Positions 26,001 through 38,227 of a stretch of DNA of 64,000 nt are shown here, piece after piece; the stretch's first letter is position 1, and every line of letters begins with the position of its first letter. The notes under the pieces were generated by a model that worked only from the letters and a program-made list of their open reading frames with translations, had not been told where the DNA came from and ran no database searches. The translations under genes and the position numbers were made by a program. Location of the stretch: NCBI GenBank assembly GCA_000320545.1, contig ADNK01000108.1:1-64000 (forward strand). The letters run 5' to 3'. This DNA is from Bigelowiella natans CCMP2755. Taxonomy: Eukaryota > Protista > Cercozoa.

Positions 26001-28039
26001 GGGGTCTTGTCCAGTAGCTCCGTTATCTGTCGGATGGTCTTGCCGGGGTTCTTCTTCCGTAGCTCGGTAGGTGTAGGTAGCTTGTTGTCCGCTAGGTCCA
26101 TAAACTCTAACGCATTAACGCTTGACTCAGAGGTCCACTCGTCAAGCCGTATCATGTTCTGGCTGATGGTCCTGCCTGACTTCTTTGGCAACTTAGCAAA
26201 GTATATCTTGTGATTGTAGAATGATATGATCCCCCCTAATTTTTCTAGGGCATCCTGTCCGAGGAGTAGTTCCATGGATAAAGTCATGGCTACTCGGGTC
26301 TTGATTTGGGTCTCCGCGTCGCTGCCAGGTATCTGTAGCTTTAGCATTAGCTCACCGACGGTCTTCATGGAAGAGCTTCCGTCTGCTTGAGCATATTTAC
26401 GTTCTTTCTTAGTCACTTGATCCAATAGTCCTAACCTTCTTACTGTGCTTAGGCTTATGAAGGACTTCGGCATGCTGCCACTATCCCAAAGGGCAGGTAG
26501 TTTCTTGTAGTCTCCGTAGCTGTCTTTAACTTTAACCTTGGTCATAGCAACTTTGATAGTCCTGTTAGCGTCTTCGTCATTAATGTTGCATACTCCTAAG
26601 TTCTTTATGTCGTCTAGGGTCATGGGCTTGTCTTGGTCCTGCGTTGCTGGTACTGCTGTCTTCGTCGGCGCCTGCTTAAGGTGATCTAATATTCCGTTTA
26701 TCTGCTGCTGTATAGCATTGATACTGTTCTGCTTTTTGTTCTTATATTTATTGTTCTTCCCGTTGTTGCTGCCTTGCCATTTGCTGTTGTTATATCCTTG
26801 TCCTCTGCCTTTCTTTCTCTTTAACTTCTCGTAGTGTTCGTTGAGCTGCCTGATCGTCATCCTGGGTCGTCCTTCTTTCCTGTCTCTGCAGTCTTTAGCG
26901 GTGTGTTTCCCTTTACGTGAGCAGTATCCGCAACGTCGGTTACCTTCCCTGTCCTTGTACCAGTCTCGCTGCGGCTTAATAGCGTTAATGTTTCCTATGC
27001 CAGGTACCTTAGGGCTGGTAAACTTGCGGTCCTGCTCCTGCTCGCGTAGGGATATAGCCTGCACTGCTGCCTCCATCGTGGTGTAGCCTTTCTCCGTAAC
27101 GTAAGTGGATTCCTTTATCTTTAACTTGAACTCTTCAAACCTTGCCTGATCATCACCTGTGTTGTAATTAAAATCATGTAGTTCGTCGATCATATCCTGG
27201 AAGCGCGTGGCAAAGTCTCTAACAGGTTCTCTCTCATGCTGCATCATTGCTCTGTATTTTCTAATAGCCTGGGGTAGGGAGTTAGCATCCTGTTCATTTA
27301 CAAAAGCCTTCATTATCGCCTCAACGTCTCGTAGCCCACTAACTGTAGTGTGTATTTTCTCTAGCTGCCTGATCCGGGTCCTGCCTGTCTCGTAAAGGTC
27401 CATGGCTTGCTTTATTATAGCTAGCCATTTGAGCTTGTCGTTTTCGGTGGGGTTAGGGGTAAAGTCGCAGAGTATACTCCTAGCGTTCTTCCACCACCTC
27501 CTTGCCTCACCTCTTTTCCCGTTGTATTTCGTTATCATAACCGGTGCTGTTTTAACAGACATGAACTGGGTGTTCCGCTGTACCGGCTGCTGCTGCTTGA
27601 CGGTGCTCTGGGTCGTCCCCCGCGAGGCGCCCAGACCCCCGTCGTTCCTAAACAAAGCTGCCCACTCTGGAGGTAAGTCTGCTTCGTAATCCATGATGTC
27701 CTGCATGATAGCTGCCCAAACATCATGTGTCTGATACTTGTATTCTATCGATACTTTCAGTTTGGCGTAGTTGCTCGCCCTGGGTCGCAAGGCTCGTAAT
27801 GCCATTACGACCTTCTTGCTTTCGGCGGCCACGTCCTCGTCGTCCGCCTCGTAGAAGTTCTCCAGTGCCTCTGCTGCTGCATCTGCTTTCTTAATCCCGG
27901 GTGCTGGTCCCGGCGGTGCCTGTGGAGGTGTTCCTCCTCCTTCCTTAGCGTCCGTATCGCCCTTCCTTTCCTGTTTCTGCTCGTGCCCTTGCACGGCCTG
28001 CGAGCCAAAGTCCTGCTGTTCTTCTAGCTGCTGTGACAT
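23066..28039 (-). CDS. Gag-Pol polyprotein, 1657 aa, with an extra C-terminal methyltransferase-like domain
   Basis: Zinc knuckle CGYCSRKGKHTAKDC (~26890-26932), protease LWDSGS (DSG 26477-26485), RT YVDD (25364-25375), RNase H TDWS/TDHKPL/ADYFSR, integrase HHCC plus D-D-E. Confidence 0.97.
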   Translation of the reverse strand: MSQQLEEQQDFGSQAVQGHEQKQERKGDTDAKEGGGTPPQAPPGPAPGIKKADAAAEALENFYEADDEDVAAESKKVVMALRALRPRASNYAKLKVSIEYKYQTHDVWAAIMQDIMDYEADLPPEWAALFRNDGGLGASRGTTQSTVKQQQPVQRNTQFMSVKTAPVMITKYNGKRGEARRWWKNARSILCDFTPNPTENDKLKWLAIIKQAMDLYETGRTRIRQLEKIHTTVSGLRDVEAIMKAFVNEQDANSLPQAIRKYRAMMQHEREPVRDFATRFQDMIDELHDFNYNTGDDQARFEEFKLKIKESTYVTEKGYTTMEAAVQAISLREQEQDRKFTSPKVPGIGNINAIKPQRDWYKDREGNRRCGYCSRKGKHTAKDCRDRKEGRPRMTIRQLNEHYEKLKRKKGRGQGYNNSKWQGSNNGKNNKYKNKKQNSINAIQQQINGILDHLKQAPTKTAVPATQDQDKPMTLDDIKNLGVCNINDEDANRTIKVAMTKVKVKDSYGDYKKLPALWDSGSMPKSFISLSTVRRLGLLDQVTKKERKYAQADGSSSMKTVGELMLKLQIPGSDAETQIKTRVAMTLSMELLLGQDALEKLGGIISFYNHKIYFAKLPKKSGRTISQNMIRLDEWTSESSVNALEFMDLADNKLPTPTELRKKNPGKTIRQITELLDKTPPADDWDIDKGKKYINKILNEKYSDITKPTTKPSSKLTPVKIELKKGYEECIINDPEHRRPEADWEKIEWQINEWAKEGKIEPSNSPWNVRHVLAKKPTYPFFRLAHNFIRHNRVIKRIQTPTPRIDDVIEHVIGYKYYSSLDKNESYMQTPIHKTSRPITAFSSRHRKWHFVVFPYGLSISGDAFSSQNYRAYTHDGMASVLWVFVFVYVDDDIICTNTVVAQIFLLENIFIRFAHFGFTIRLQKCTFLATRIKWCGYYLEQGRITPNPEKVAALQQAPKPKNAKELKSFLQTAAWILRRFSPTYARTAAAFTTAYRKENSVGLSFAKVWAKAGLDAHFDNLIKLCSNTLLNAKLDTTRPATLWTDWSKLGMAAVLTQDQQIIRVWGRACTAAEAKYSPTKGEYKAMTEAQRKLRYYLLSVPSFTLMTDHKPLLGIDRKLEAPNDEYAAMRADTEEFRDKRTVVYAPGDKQLADYFSRLFEKKVPTQVTPMVNAITFEDGDFLPEPEELQHLQEHLDKYKHKHEVLSDRIYVYTNNVRRTYVPRRTRGALLFTAHGPAHVGENHITALLYHYYWPYKLKEIRTYLRGCRCSSLKAAGVATKESSKSRASKKIKARNFLDIVQIDVYKYDGYHYLTFVDVATGKCWVKKIIKVNVAKKNKGLYKQRLTNCYRTWESELQAIPDEVSINKIPKKLHVDNETSLLQLPHPNIDASPVYYAQSNSKVERLHRTLANLSRINSTTPDKIQGLVNDTFTSGGGIKDKEREEGDDNDDDTESEDEKVPYDGRVLKEGQYVRAKVNLRSRNKQDPFWGGVAKVTERKGRKQYYIYDGNRVTLRHISHLKNYDIGEKLLEDVKVNPTVWERAMPCLGPRPKFDVEYGNNKVRVNDDWRMKIVYLGYPGLRNMERVAMKIKDGKYQLLYLAVPDLPFEHWYKVLGDLDAEGWYGHEPKDEGEFWVSDKGDKVREESITWWLVKFRKR

Positions 28040-28055
28040 TGTTAGTCAAATCGTT

Positions 28056-28073
28056 TCCCGTGTGTGGAAGCCA
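28056..28073 (-). other. Primer-binding site, probably tRNA-Glu/Asp type
   Basis: TGGCTTCCACACACGGGA, 5 nt after the 5' LTR; complement ...CCCGTGTGTGGAAGCCA resembles a tRNA 3' end. Confidence 0.65.
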
Positions 28074-28078
28074 AAGGT

Positions 28079-28404
28079 TGTTGCGCGTAAGGTGTTCACA
28101 GGCCGAGGCGCTACGTGCACAAGTAGGCAGGGGGGGGGAAAGGCACGTTTGCTTCCTTTTGAAGAGTTGTGTTTATTTTTATTAAAGATTATATTTTTAT
28201 TAAATCGTGCACTGCGTAATCATTCGCGAAGCTTTCGCGAATGCCGCCGCACGTGGGGCAGCACACTTCCGGTGTGCTGCCATGAGTCCCGCCGGAACCC
28301 ACGTGCCTATGCTGTATTAATATCTACGTTATCTATATTCTATATCCGCGACAACCCCTTTGTTGTCGCACGTGACTTGTGCCCGCGTAGTGGTACGCGC
28401 TACA
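28079..28404 (-). repeat. 5' LTR (326 bp)
   Basis: Identical to 22689-23014. Confidence 0.97.
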
Positions 28405-28964
28405 TGTTTGACCAACAAGGTTGTCTCAAGGCTCTTGAAAAATGACTTGCTGTTGTGGGCAAGTGCAGTTGGTGCATTGTGCTCAAAGCCAGAAAGGCTG
28501 CAATGCTCGACAAGTGATTGCCCGGAGTGTTTTGGCGATTTTGCAATTTGCTGCCCAAACTGACTAGCTGATTGAGTTGACAAGTTGACAACAAGCATGA
28601 GCACGTGCAGTGGAAACAAAATGAAAATAGTCCGGTGGTGCATGATGTTGCACATCCAGCCTGCCAGTGCACATCGCAGTGGTTATGCACGCAATGATTT
28701 GTGCGCAGTCTCTGTCCGCCTGCTGCGCCATTGTTTTTTTGAAGCAAGAGACATTGACTTGCTGCCAACGTGCAGATGAGATGCAATCGATGCTTGCACA
28801 GCTAGACAGTCGCGTGAGTGTGAGCGTCGAGCACGAAATGCACTGCATCTTCAAACGAACAATGAAACCACAAATGCCTGTAGATGCATTTGAAATGATT
28901 CAATTGATGGTTGTGATATTGTGGAATTCAAGGCCAGAGTCGACACATCAATTTGGAGTCAGAA

Positions 28965-29425
28965 CTAAAATCGAAGTTTTCGCGGCCGACGCGTGTGCAA
29001 AACACTTCCTAAGGACACCGGAGCGATTCCAAGAGGATCAGCATCCTGGACTTTCGGCGCTGTTCGTTCTCTTTGACCATTGATGCTCCCTCCATCTGAG
29101 GGAAGAGCTACTTGTGGTTCTCTCGGCTCAAATCTTCGCCCATCACCCTCTTTCTTGTTAATTCCATTGCCACCTGCCACCTCGTCCTCACATTCTCCGT
29201 CCTGCTTTTGATGTAGCCATTCAGTGTCATTCGCCGTAATGGCCGTAGTCAAGACAGAATCGACGCCATTGTCAGAAATCTCGATGTTTTCGACGGAGTC
29301 GACGCTACTGCCCGAGTTTTTGGGATTTTCACCGTCATTGCTCTTTACCTCCCGCCTTGTGTGGAAGAAACAAATTACACATATGAATGTATGTTGTCAC
29401 GTCCACACAAACGTACACACACAAA

Positions 29426-29467
<42 letters not shown>

Positions 29468-30206
29468 CACACACATATATGTGCCTGACGTGTCTATTTG
29501 CGTATTGTGAATTTGTGTTTCATATATTCTCAAATTATCGTTTTTTCATTTGAGATCTGCTTGCTAAGGAAAATGGTTACAAATGAGGCAACGAAAGGGT
29601 CAGCAATGTCAAACCTTCTCCTCTGATATACTAAGTCCTCTTTGGTCCCATCGACCACCTTCATCCTTGTTTGCATCCTAGACCCAACTCTTTTCCTTTG
29701 GAGTGCGATGCAACGATGATGACGGCCTGCCTGGCCTCGTATTCTACCATTGTCTGATCTCTTACCCCCAGCGACCGTATCAAAGGCAGAGACAGATTTC
29801 CTAGTCTGATGCGTGAGCATCAACTTCCTCGTCTTTTTTCTTTTCTCAGCATTTTTTCGACACAACTTGGCCCAATAATCTATTCGGCTACCTCTATCTA
29901 ACGCCTCCACCTTCCTATGCCGTTCCATTCACCGTCTGTCAGTTAGCGGGAGTGTGTGAATGGCAACAGGTGCGACAAAAATATTTGAGAACTATGACAT
30001 GCATGAGCGTGACTTTATCACTTCAATGTACATACGTGCTCTTGGATGCTTCTCCGCTTCTCCAATTGCTTCCTCAGTTTCTCTGCTGGCCAAAGCCCAC
30101 CGCTTCGCCGTCCGATGGCAGGAAGATTCACAGACCCATCTCCAACCTGCTCAGTAGTCTTTGGGTTGGCCTTGAATTTTGTCGTTCCCTGATGCTGGTT
30201 CGACAT
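28965..30206 (-). CDS. Hypothetical low-complexity protein; exon structure unresolved
   Basis: Open frames MSNQHQGTTK...IQEH followed by a GTATGT donor, 29530-29928 and 28965-29360 (acidic/Gly-rich); splicing could not be fully reconciled. Confidence 0.35.
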
Positions 30207-31165
30207 ACACAAACAAAAAATCCTCGTTCAAGGAGTGATTCCGCGCTCAATTGAATTCTAGAAACCCTACCGGCTTGGCCGTCCTCTTCGCGGAGACTGT
30301 CGGCACGATGGATGCGGCGAGGACGAGAGCGAGCGTGAAGACCTGAAACGGTGAGGTCCCCTGTCCAAAATCGCTACCCATTACAGCCCCGACCGACCGC
30401 TGCAGCCGACAATCGGGGCCGTACTAAATGTGTGAGGAAGGGGATAGCGCAAGATGATAGATGGCTATCTACGAAGTTGTCAGCTTAATAACGTTCCTAA
30501 ATCGGTAATATTTCCATATTGATCCTTGTCATGAAGGTTTCGGGCTCGAGGAACATTCCTATGCGACTCACTATCCCGATAACTACCTGTGATCTCACCT
30601 CGTTTTGCATGCTGCAGAATCGACGATCACCGAAAAGTAGAACAAAGTTCCTGCTTGAAACATCTGGGTCGTGATGTGAACTTACCTCTCACAGGGAGAC
30701 AATAATCGCACAACATCCGTTTACAGAAAATCATATATTCTGATACACTATGGTAATATTCGGGTGTAAAACTGTCCTGTCGGCATCAGTCTTCTTCTTC
30801 GTCTTCCTCTTCTTGCTTCCGTCACGAGTGATGCTGCTTCGAGCCACCAGAAGGGCAAGCATGCGCGGTGGGAGCGTCCTCCCCACCCACTTTCCTATTT
30901 CGCTGCAGATTTTTGTGTCCACATTCCTTTTAATGGCAAGAGCATTGCCTATGACCGACGTGAAATCGCAAACTCTCTCCCTTGCAAGTTGAAAGAGTCG
31001 TCTTTTGATGACATCATCAACCAATCTCGGTTGTGAGGCAAGAGAAGGATGTCGACCCTTCCGACCGATCTTTCCCTATTCATGAACTTAACCGGTTATA
31101 AATGGAACGATGAAGGGGTTTCACTTCTAGTACGTAAAGTATCGTCCTGCACGCTCCTCGCAAAG

Positions 31166-32023
31166 ATGCATGGTGCTTTAATATCAGGTTTCTTCAGTCG
31201 TGGGCTTGCAGTTTCAGCTGCCCAGGCGGCTACAGGTACGGGTGGGCGCAGGAAAATGTCGGCTCTTGAGCTCATATCGAAGAGGCGTCGCGGCGAGCGG
31301 ATCACGATGGTCACAGCTTATGACTGTAAGACTAACACGTAGATAGCACATCGAATTCATCGATTTACGTCTGACAAAAATAATGAGGATTCTCTTCCAA
31401 GCAAGCCATTATGGGGATCACAATGAAAAAAGTTGGCATTTATTTTTGGCAGACCCGTCGGCGTTACACTGCGATCTTGCAGGAATCGACGTCGTACTTG
31501 TGGGCGACTCTTGCGGTAGAAATATGCATTATGAAAGGAAGCTGTTGCCATTTGTCATCGTTCATGCTAGCAATACCACCGTAGTCACAATAATCGCAAT
31601 TGCCGTCACCAAAACCCGATCAATCGAAAGGAATGGTGGAGCTGGGCTATGAGAACACGCAACCGGTTACAATGGACGAGATGCTACACCATGCGAAGGC
31701 TGTTTGCAGGGGTAAGTGAATGGTTGATGATGTCGGTAGTGGTGCTTTTACGAGGACAAATCTGAGAACTACAGACAAAAAAGGATGAAGAGTGAGGGAA
31801 AGGGAGAGAGAGAGAGAGAGAGAGCACAGCACTTATCCGCTAAGATTTATCGTATTGAGGCAATATCCAAATTGACGTAATATCAGGCGCAAAGCATCCA
31901 TTAGTGGTAGCAGATCTCCCCTTCGGAACCTACGAAATTAGCTCAGAACAGGCGCAGGTGATAACTTGTTTCTATGTTCTTGCTGCATAGAATCATCATT
32001 ATCATCGTCATTGTCATTATCAC

Positions 32024-32056
<33 letters not shown>

Positions 32057-32734
32057 TATCGTCAAAAAAGAGAAAGACGATAAATTGCGATGCTGAAGTG
32101 TCTTGATGTAACGGAGTCCATAAGTAGCAGCAGCCGATCAAGACGTTATATATAAAAGGAAAAATCAAATCTACATAGGAGGCAGCGTATCGATTTGTGA
32201 AGGAGGCGGGTGCAGATTGTGTCAAGATGGAGGTAGCAATGTAGTCGGCAGCGGTTGAAGTAGAAATAGTAAGGAGGTGTAGGGAGGGCGGGGGGGGGGG
32301 GCGGGAGAGAAACGTTTGATTACAGATTGTGTCCAAGGATGATAGTCAGGCTTATTTCCCAAAAATTGTCTAAGATAATGTATTAAATTTTCATTTGCAA
32401 GGATATTTTTCTCATCCTTGTTCCTTCCGAACCCTCCATGTTCCTCCCTACCTTCCCTTCGATCCTCCCCCGCACAATCAGGGTGGTCGTATCCGCGCAA
32501 AAACTGCAAAAAAAGTCGTGGACGGGGGTGTAGCTGTTATGGGCCACATTGGCCTCACGCCACAACATATCAGGTGTGCGTTGAAAAGCATGCCGAGGAT
32601 AGCGATATGCGTAATGCGCGAGGTAGTTCCGCCATCAAACTGATCTTATTATTGTGGTATTTCTCGATAGTGTGCTGGGAGGTTTTCGTGCCCAGGGAAG
32701 AACGGCCAAGAAGGCGCGGGAGCTCTTGGACGAT

Positions 32735-32780
<46 letters not shown>

Positions 32781-33683
32781 CACACACACACATGCACACA
32801 TACTTGCAGATAATGTTCTCGCATGTCTTTTCACCATCGCGTATGAATGGAGTATTGATGAAATCGTACGCTTTCCACTTTAATACTGTCGACTCACAGG
32901 CGCTGGCCCTTGAAGATGCTGGCTGCTTTGCCATTGTAATAGAGTGCGTGCCTCCACAGGTCACCCATCGCAAATAGACGGGAGAGGGGGAGAGAATAGA
33001 TAGGTGAGGAAGGAAAGAATAGTATTTGGAAAAGGTCCACAGAATACGATCAGTGTCAACGTCTACTTCTCACGAAGACGTCGATGGATGGTTGTGGATG
33101 ACGAGGAAGAATAGAAGGAGGACGATGCTAGTTAGACTCAAAATAACGAACATCACGATGAGCGTTATGACTGCTGAACATGGTGGCCAGGTTGGGAAAG
33201 CAATAACGGAGGCATTGGAAATCCCTACTATAGGTCTTTCACTCTCCCCCCCCCCCTTTCCCTCTTTATTCTACAAAACGTTATTCACCCTTCTTTCGCT
33301 CTCTAATCCCTGATTGTACCATGCTCAGGAATCGGCGCAGGACCAGGGACGACAGGGCAGGTTTTGCTTGCACAGTACTAGACAACGACAGCAATGACAG
33401 CAGTGATGGCGTTAATAGTGATACATTAGCTACGCCTGATTTCCCTTAATATTATTTCGAACAAATTGACCCGCTACTGCTGCTGCTTTTCCTGCTTCTT
33501 CTTCTTCTTCTTTTGCTTCTTTTTATTCATATAGGTTTTAGTTTATCACGACATGCTCGGAATGACGACCCATCCACACTACAAGGCAGAAATAGATGGA
33601 TAAATTATGATTAGATATAATAATGAAGCTGGTGGTGAGGATGGTAGTATTTGCATATGCGTGTGGTACGTGTGTGTGTGAGT

Positions 33684-33727
<44 letters not shown>

Positions 33728-34339
33728 TGACAGAAATGAGAAAAGCAAATCTTTCATATTTCTTTCCCGTGCATACAGGCGTTTACACCAAAGTTTTGCA
33801 AGAAGTTTGCCGATCTCGGCGAATCCATTCGGGAAGGGCTAGAAAGCTTCAAGCACGAGGTGGAGAGCGGCGGATTTCCAAGTCTGGAGCAGCATTCCCC
33901 ATACAAAATGACGAAATCGGAGGAGGTGAACACATGATTTACTGGCTGATGCTGTTGCTACCACCAGCAATGCTATTACCATAACTACTCAGCTACTACT
34001 TTATATTCACGTGATCGAATACGCAGGATCTCTTCATGAAAATGCTAGCGACAGACGCCGATGAACGAAGGCTCATCCACGATTCAAAGGCAAAAAAGGT
34101 TGGTAACCATCTAATGAAGACCGCAAAGTCCTCTGTGTTGCAAAATTTGTCAAACTCACCGAGCCTGTGTATGCACACCTGCATGATGATGGCATGCCAT
34201 TGAGGCTCTACATCGCACATTCTGACACTTTCTTTCTCGGTCACTACTAACCCCCTAGCTCAAAGAAACGGACGAATATGATGTTTTAAACCTGTACGGG
34301 GGTGGATACGTCACTCCAGACAAGTCACAAGAGGAATGA
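31166..34339 (+). CDS. panB: 3-methyl-2-oxobutanoate hydroxymethyltransferase (ketopantoate hydroxymethyltransferase), probably mitochondrial; ~14 exons
   Basis: ITMVTAYD|YPSA...DVVLVGDS...VTMDEMLHH...VADLPFGTY...VKME|GG...MGHIGLTPQ...IPTIG|IGAG...GQ|VLVYHDMLG. Confidence 0.96.
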
Positions 34340-35047
34340 CCGACCACATGTATGCCAATGCAGCGAGCTCGGGAGGCTAATATGTCTTAGTGCATATATA
34401 GGGCAGTTTTGCATGCGCCAAGGACGAATTTATACGAGCATGCCCATGAATAAAATCATCAAAAAAACTAGTATGTTGTACATTCACTGACTGAATACAT
34501 GGCAGCAGCGGTTTTGTGTGAAGGCTTTGTGGGTGTCATTTTTGCCGTACGCACTTAACGAGCATGCATGGCTAGATGGCATCACACTTTTGCGCTAGCG
34601 GTCAGCCCATTATCACAATATAATTGTAGCTAGAGCGTGCGCATCGTACGCACATGTAGCTTCAGCTAAAGGATCCTATCATGTGACCGTAACCATGTAC
34701 CACAACACACAAGAGAACACTGGACTGGATGAACATCGCATGTTGGCTTCCCGTCTTATAGCCCGATGAACAAATGCAATTCTAAATGTCGTCAAGAGGA
34801 GGGACGCCAACGATACTATCATAAAGTAAACCATAGAGAATCAATGCAAATCATTTCGAAATTCCGATTGAAAATGTGTAAAAAAGAGAATGCAATATGT
34901 CGTTTGGCAACCTGGATGAAATCTGTTTTCTTTGCGATCTAATTACATAGAAATTAGAACAATTATCATCACAATTATAATAATTAACACCACTGTCATC
35001 ATCTCTCTTATGACATTCAAAAAATGGATAATGTTTTGTGGTCATTT

Positions 35048-35941
35048 TAGCATTTTTCGGATGTATCTACGGTGGAATCGTACTCTCTTTTATCCTCGAT
35101 CTGAACTGCGTATCAATAATGACGAGTACGTGTTGTCAAAGAAAGTAAAAATTCAACCTTATCATAAAGAGTACGAGCAGTGTAATTGTCGTCTGTAGTG
35201 GCCCAGTACACACGACTCCAGCCTGAATTGAAACAAAACAACAAGAAGAACAATATTCAATTTCGGACACATAAGTACTTTCCTCATATTTACGGTCACT
35301 ATTCTGGAGAAACTATATCGTTACCCTCATCATCCGCCCGCCTATATAACTCTGAGATAAGCGCACGTCCCGTGCCATGTCCTCGCACGCTTGAGTCCAC
35401 AAACAAATCCTCCAGGTAGCAATAAGGCGTGATACTCCAAGTCGATGGGTGCAGCAAGTACGTCGCGAACCCGCCTACCATCGGCGGAGTGGACGCCGAT
35501 GAAGACTCACAACTTCTCTCGGCTATCAAGCAATGCTGCATAGTATTCTTAGGGTCAATTAATCGTGAGAAGGTTTCGGTAGAGACTTCGTCAGGGAGGG
35601 GCTCCTGATTAGCACAGTTACGTTGTTACGCATGCTGGCTATTGTGCAACCTTTCATTGGAAAGCACGAACATTTCGACGGCACAACTTCCCCCTCCCTC
35701 CCTCCCCCCCGTCCCCCTTAAAGGTTCAAACTTTGTAGAATTCGAGGTAAAGGGCCCATAGCCTGCGCCAACTTTCGTAGTCTTCTTCTCGAAGCTCCCG
35801 CACGATAAGCCTTGCCTCCGAGGCGACGCCCGAAGATTCTGCTGCAAAACCTCTAGAGAATCGACCCAGGCTATTCCATGCAGTGCATCGTCGAGCAGAA
35901 CAACGCGCCAGAGCACCAGACAGCCTCGCTGCAGTCGCCAT
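35048..35941 (-). CDS. GNAT N-acetyltransferase (Hpa2/Hpa3-like) with mitochondrial-type presequence; 3' end approximate
   Basis: DYESWRRLWALYLEFY...HPSTWSITPYCYLEDLFVDSSVRGHGTGRALI...|GWSRVYWAT..DNYTARTLYDK. Confidence 0.88.
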
Positions 35942-36177
35942 TCCGATACTCTTGGAATCGCGAGGATTGTGAGGCAATTGTGCACAGGGGAATTCTATGT
36001 GCGACATGGTGCGTATGACGTCGCAAAGCTAAAATCAAGGCGAAAACGATCAGTTTTCGAAAGTTGCGTTCCTCGTAGATATTTCCGGGGCGAAAACTCT
36101 GAGAAAAGGTCAATCTTCGCTTGCCCGTAAAACCAAGCAATCGCACCGCCCCGCCCCCCCCCCCCCGGTTGTCGTCG

Positions 36178-37012
36178 ATGCGTTCGATTCTTGCACGCTT
36201 GTCTGCGCTGGGAAGGGGTGGTTACCTCCAGTGGGGCAGAGTCGTATCTCCACATGAGCGCCGAGTGGCTGCTGCCTTTGGTGCCTGCAGCCTCCCAATC
36301 GCACTTCTAGTGCTTGCAACTCAAATCCCCTCAGCCCCGACCCAGGTTCCCCACCCCGAATTTCCTTTAGTTGCTCATAATAGAACACACGATTCCCTCT
36401 CTGACTGATTGAATCCACGTTCTATGCGCCCTCTTGACAATATGAAGCAGCCCACGTTTTGTTTGCTTGACAATAAAAAAAAGGCCACTGTGCACATACA
36501 GCCAGATAGTTTGAAGGACGGTGCCCTTTCCCCATTTCTTTCACCTAAAACTTCACTTTTCATATCTTAGCTACAATGGAGACCAACTAAGCTTGTCTCG
36601 CGGTCCCGAGGTTCGGAAGGATTATTGAAGAACATTGGCCCTTCAGTTGTTCTTTCTGTCCTCCTCATTCTCTCTTTTTGTTGTTTGTAAATTGTGTGTT
36701 AGCGTTTTTGGCGACACAACCACAAACAATGCTGGACAAGGTCGCAAATACTAAGGATAGAAGCGGGAAACTTAATTTTAATGAGGGGAGGAGATTCGTT
36801 CTTTCTGTCTTATCTTGGCCCGTTTCACAACTTTTTTTTTTTTTAAAAGATCCCATGGAGGCGGCAACGGTTCCTGCCTTCTTCATCACGATCGAGAATC
36901 CAAAGTAGCAATATTGAATCAAAAAACGAAAATACGAAAAAGAATTGCGCAAACATGTGCTCCTTCATGCGCCAAAAAAAAACCATACGAAAATGCACGT
37001 ACATTCGCACAC

Positions 37013-37092
<80 letters not shown>

Positions 37093-37255
37093 AACGACAA
37101 CAGGCGGCCGCCAAGTGAGCCACGACAAAAGGGAGGTAAATCGTGACCTATACGATAAGTTAATAACGACCTTCGAGGCCACAGAACCCGGGAAGTGGAA
37201 CAGGCTCGTATCCACTAGCAAACACTGGTCGAAGGTACTAGTAGTCCCCCAAATG

Positions 37256-37288
<33 letters not shown>

Positions 37289-37400
37289 AACTGCTACTAG
37301 CTTGCTTCTTCTCCTAGTGGTTGGAGGGAGAAGGAAGAATGGGGGGAGAAGCAATCGGGTTGTTCATGTCGGTATGCATTAACGTTCAGAGTAGAATCAC

Positions 37401-37441
<41 letters not shown>

Positions 37442-38072
37442 GTTATACCCCCACCCTCTCTCGACAGGTCGCCGATGGCCTCTTCTTGCGCATTACAGAG
37501 CGTATAACTTTCGAGGAGGACGAAAGCCGGCAAGCGGAGATGCGAGAGATGCTGAGGAAGCTGATGAGCGTGCACCACGACTGGGTCACTGAAAAAGAAA
37601 TCAAGCAGCCCGAGGAGGTGACGCTAATTTAAAATGCTTGTTGCAATCGCCGCAAGAGGAAGCTGCAAACTGTGCACAGCATCACACCGGCTCATTTCCC
37701 TTTCTCCTCCTCCTCCTCCTCCTACTACTACTCTTGTAACCAAATCAGGTTGCTTCGTATCTGGCCTCTGATGATCCGAGGAAGATGTCGACGGAGCAGG
37801 TGCTAGAGCTGGCTGAACGCACGAATGACCCTGAAACGCAGGAGAAAATCCTGATGGAACATCGCGAAACCGTGCTGGAGAAGATTCGCAACCAGACCAA
37901 AGCTGCGTATGGTGAAGAGGAAAAGGAGGAAGAATTTGTAAGTCTTGATAGGAGTTCCTGCTTGTTTGATTTTTGGATAGCTGAATTCGAAAAAAGAAGG
38001 CCTGGAAGGAAGCGGTGTATGGGGAGAGGTTGCGGGAGTCACGACATTTGAACATATGTCTGCGTACGCGCC

Positions 38073-38109
<37 letters not shown>

Positions 38110-38172
38110 CCCCTCTCTCTCCCCCCTTTCTAGTCTCCTTTTTCTTTTGCACGCGAGCGCGTGTGTGTGTGC

Positions 38173-38227
<55 letters not shown>

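Larger units (their letters stand above)
22689..28404 (-). mobile_element. Full-length Ty3/gypsy-type LTR retrotransposon, 5716 bp, 4-bp TSD TGTT (22685-22688 and 28405-28408)
   Basis: Identical 326-bp LTRs with TG...CA ends, PBS, PPT, single ORF with order gag-PR-RT-RH-IN. Confidence 0.97.

Noticed and set aside
23613-27689. Several plus-strand ORFs inside the retrotransposon
   Set aside because: Antisense shadows of the gag-pol frame
28051-28073. tRNA gene
   Set aside because: Only a tRNA 3'-end mimic (the PBS); no cloverleaf here, and no tRNA or rRNA recognised elsewhere
22689-28404. Classification as DIRS (because of the methyltransferase-like domain), Ty1/copia or chromovirus
   Set aside because: Direct TG..CA LTRs, a TSD and a DDE integrase after RT-RH indicate gypsy; no tyrosine recombinase, chromodomain or env is visible
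22276-28965. Retrotransposon disrupting one long minus-strand host gene
   Set aside because: The upstream frame stops at 28965 and the joined empty site gives no convincing exon; an intergenic insertion is simpler, though disruption is not excluded
30731-31024. 97-aa minus ORF upstream of panB
   Set aside because: No in-frame ATG at its start, no recognisable motif and no clear splice link; may be an exon of the 28965-30206 gene but unsupported
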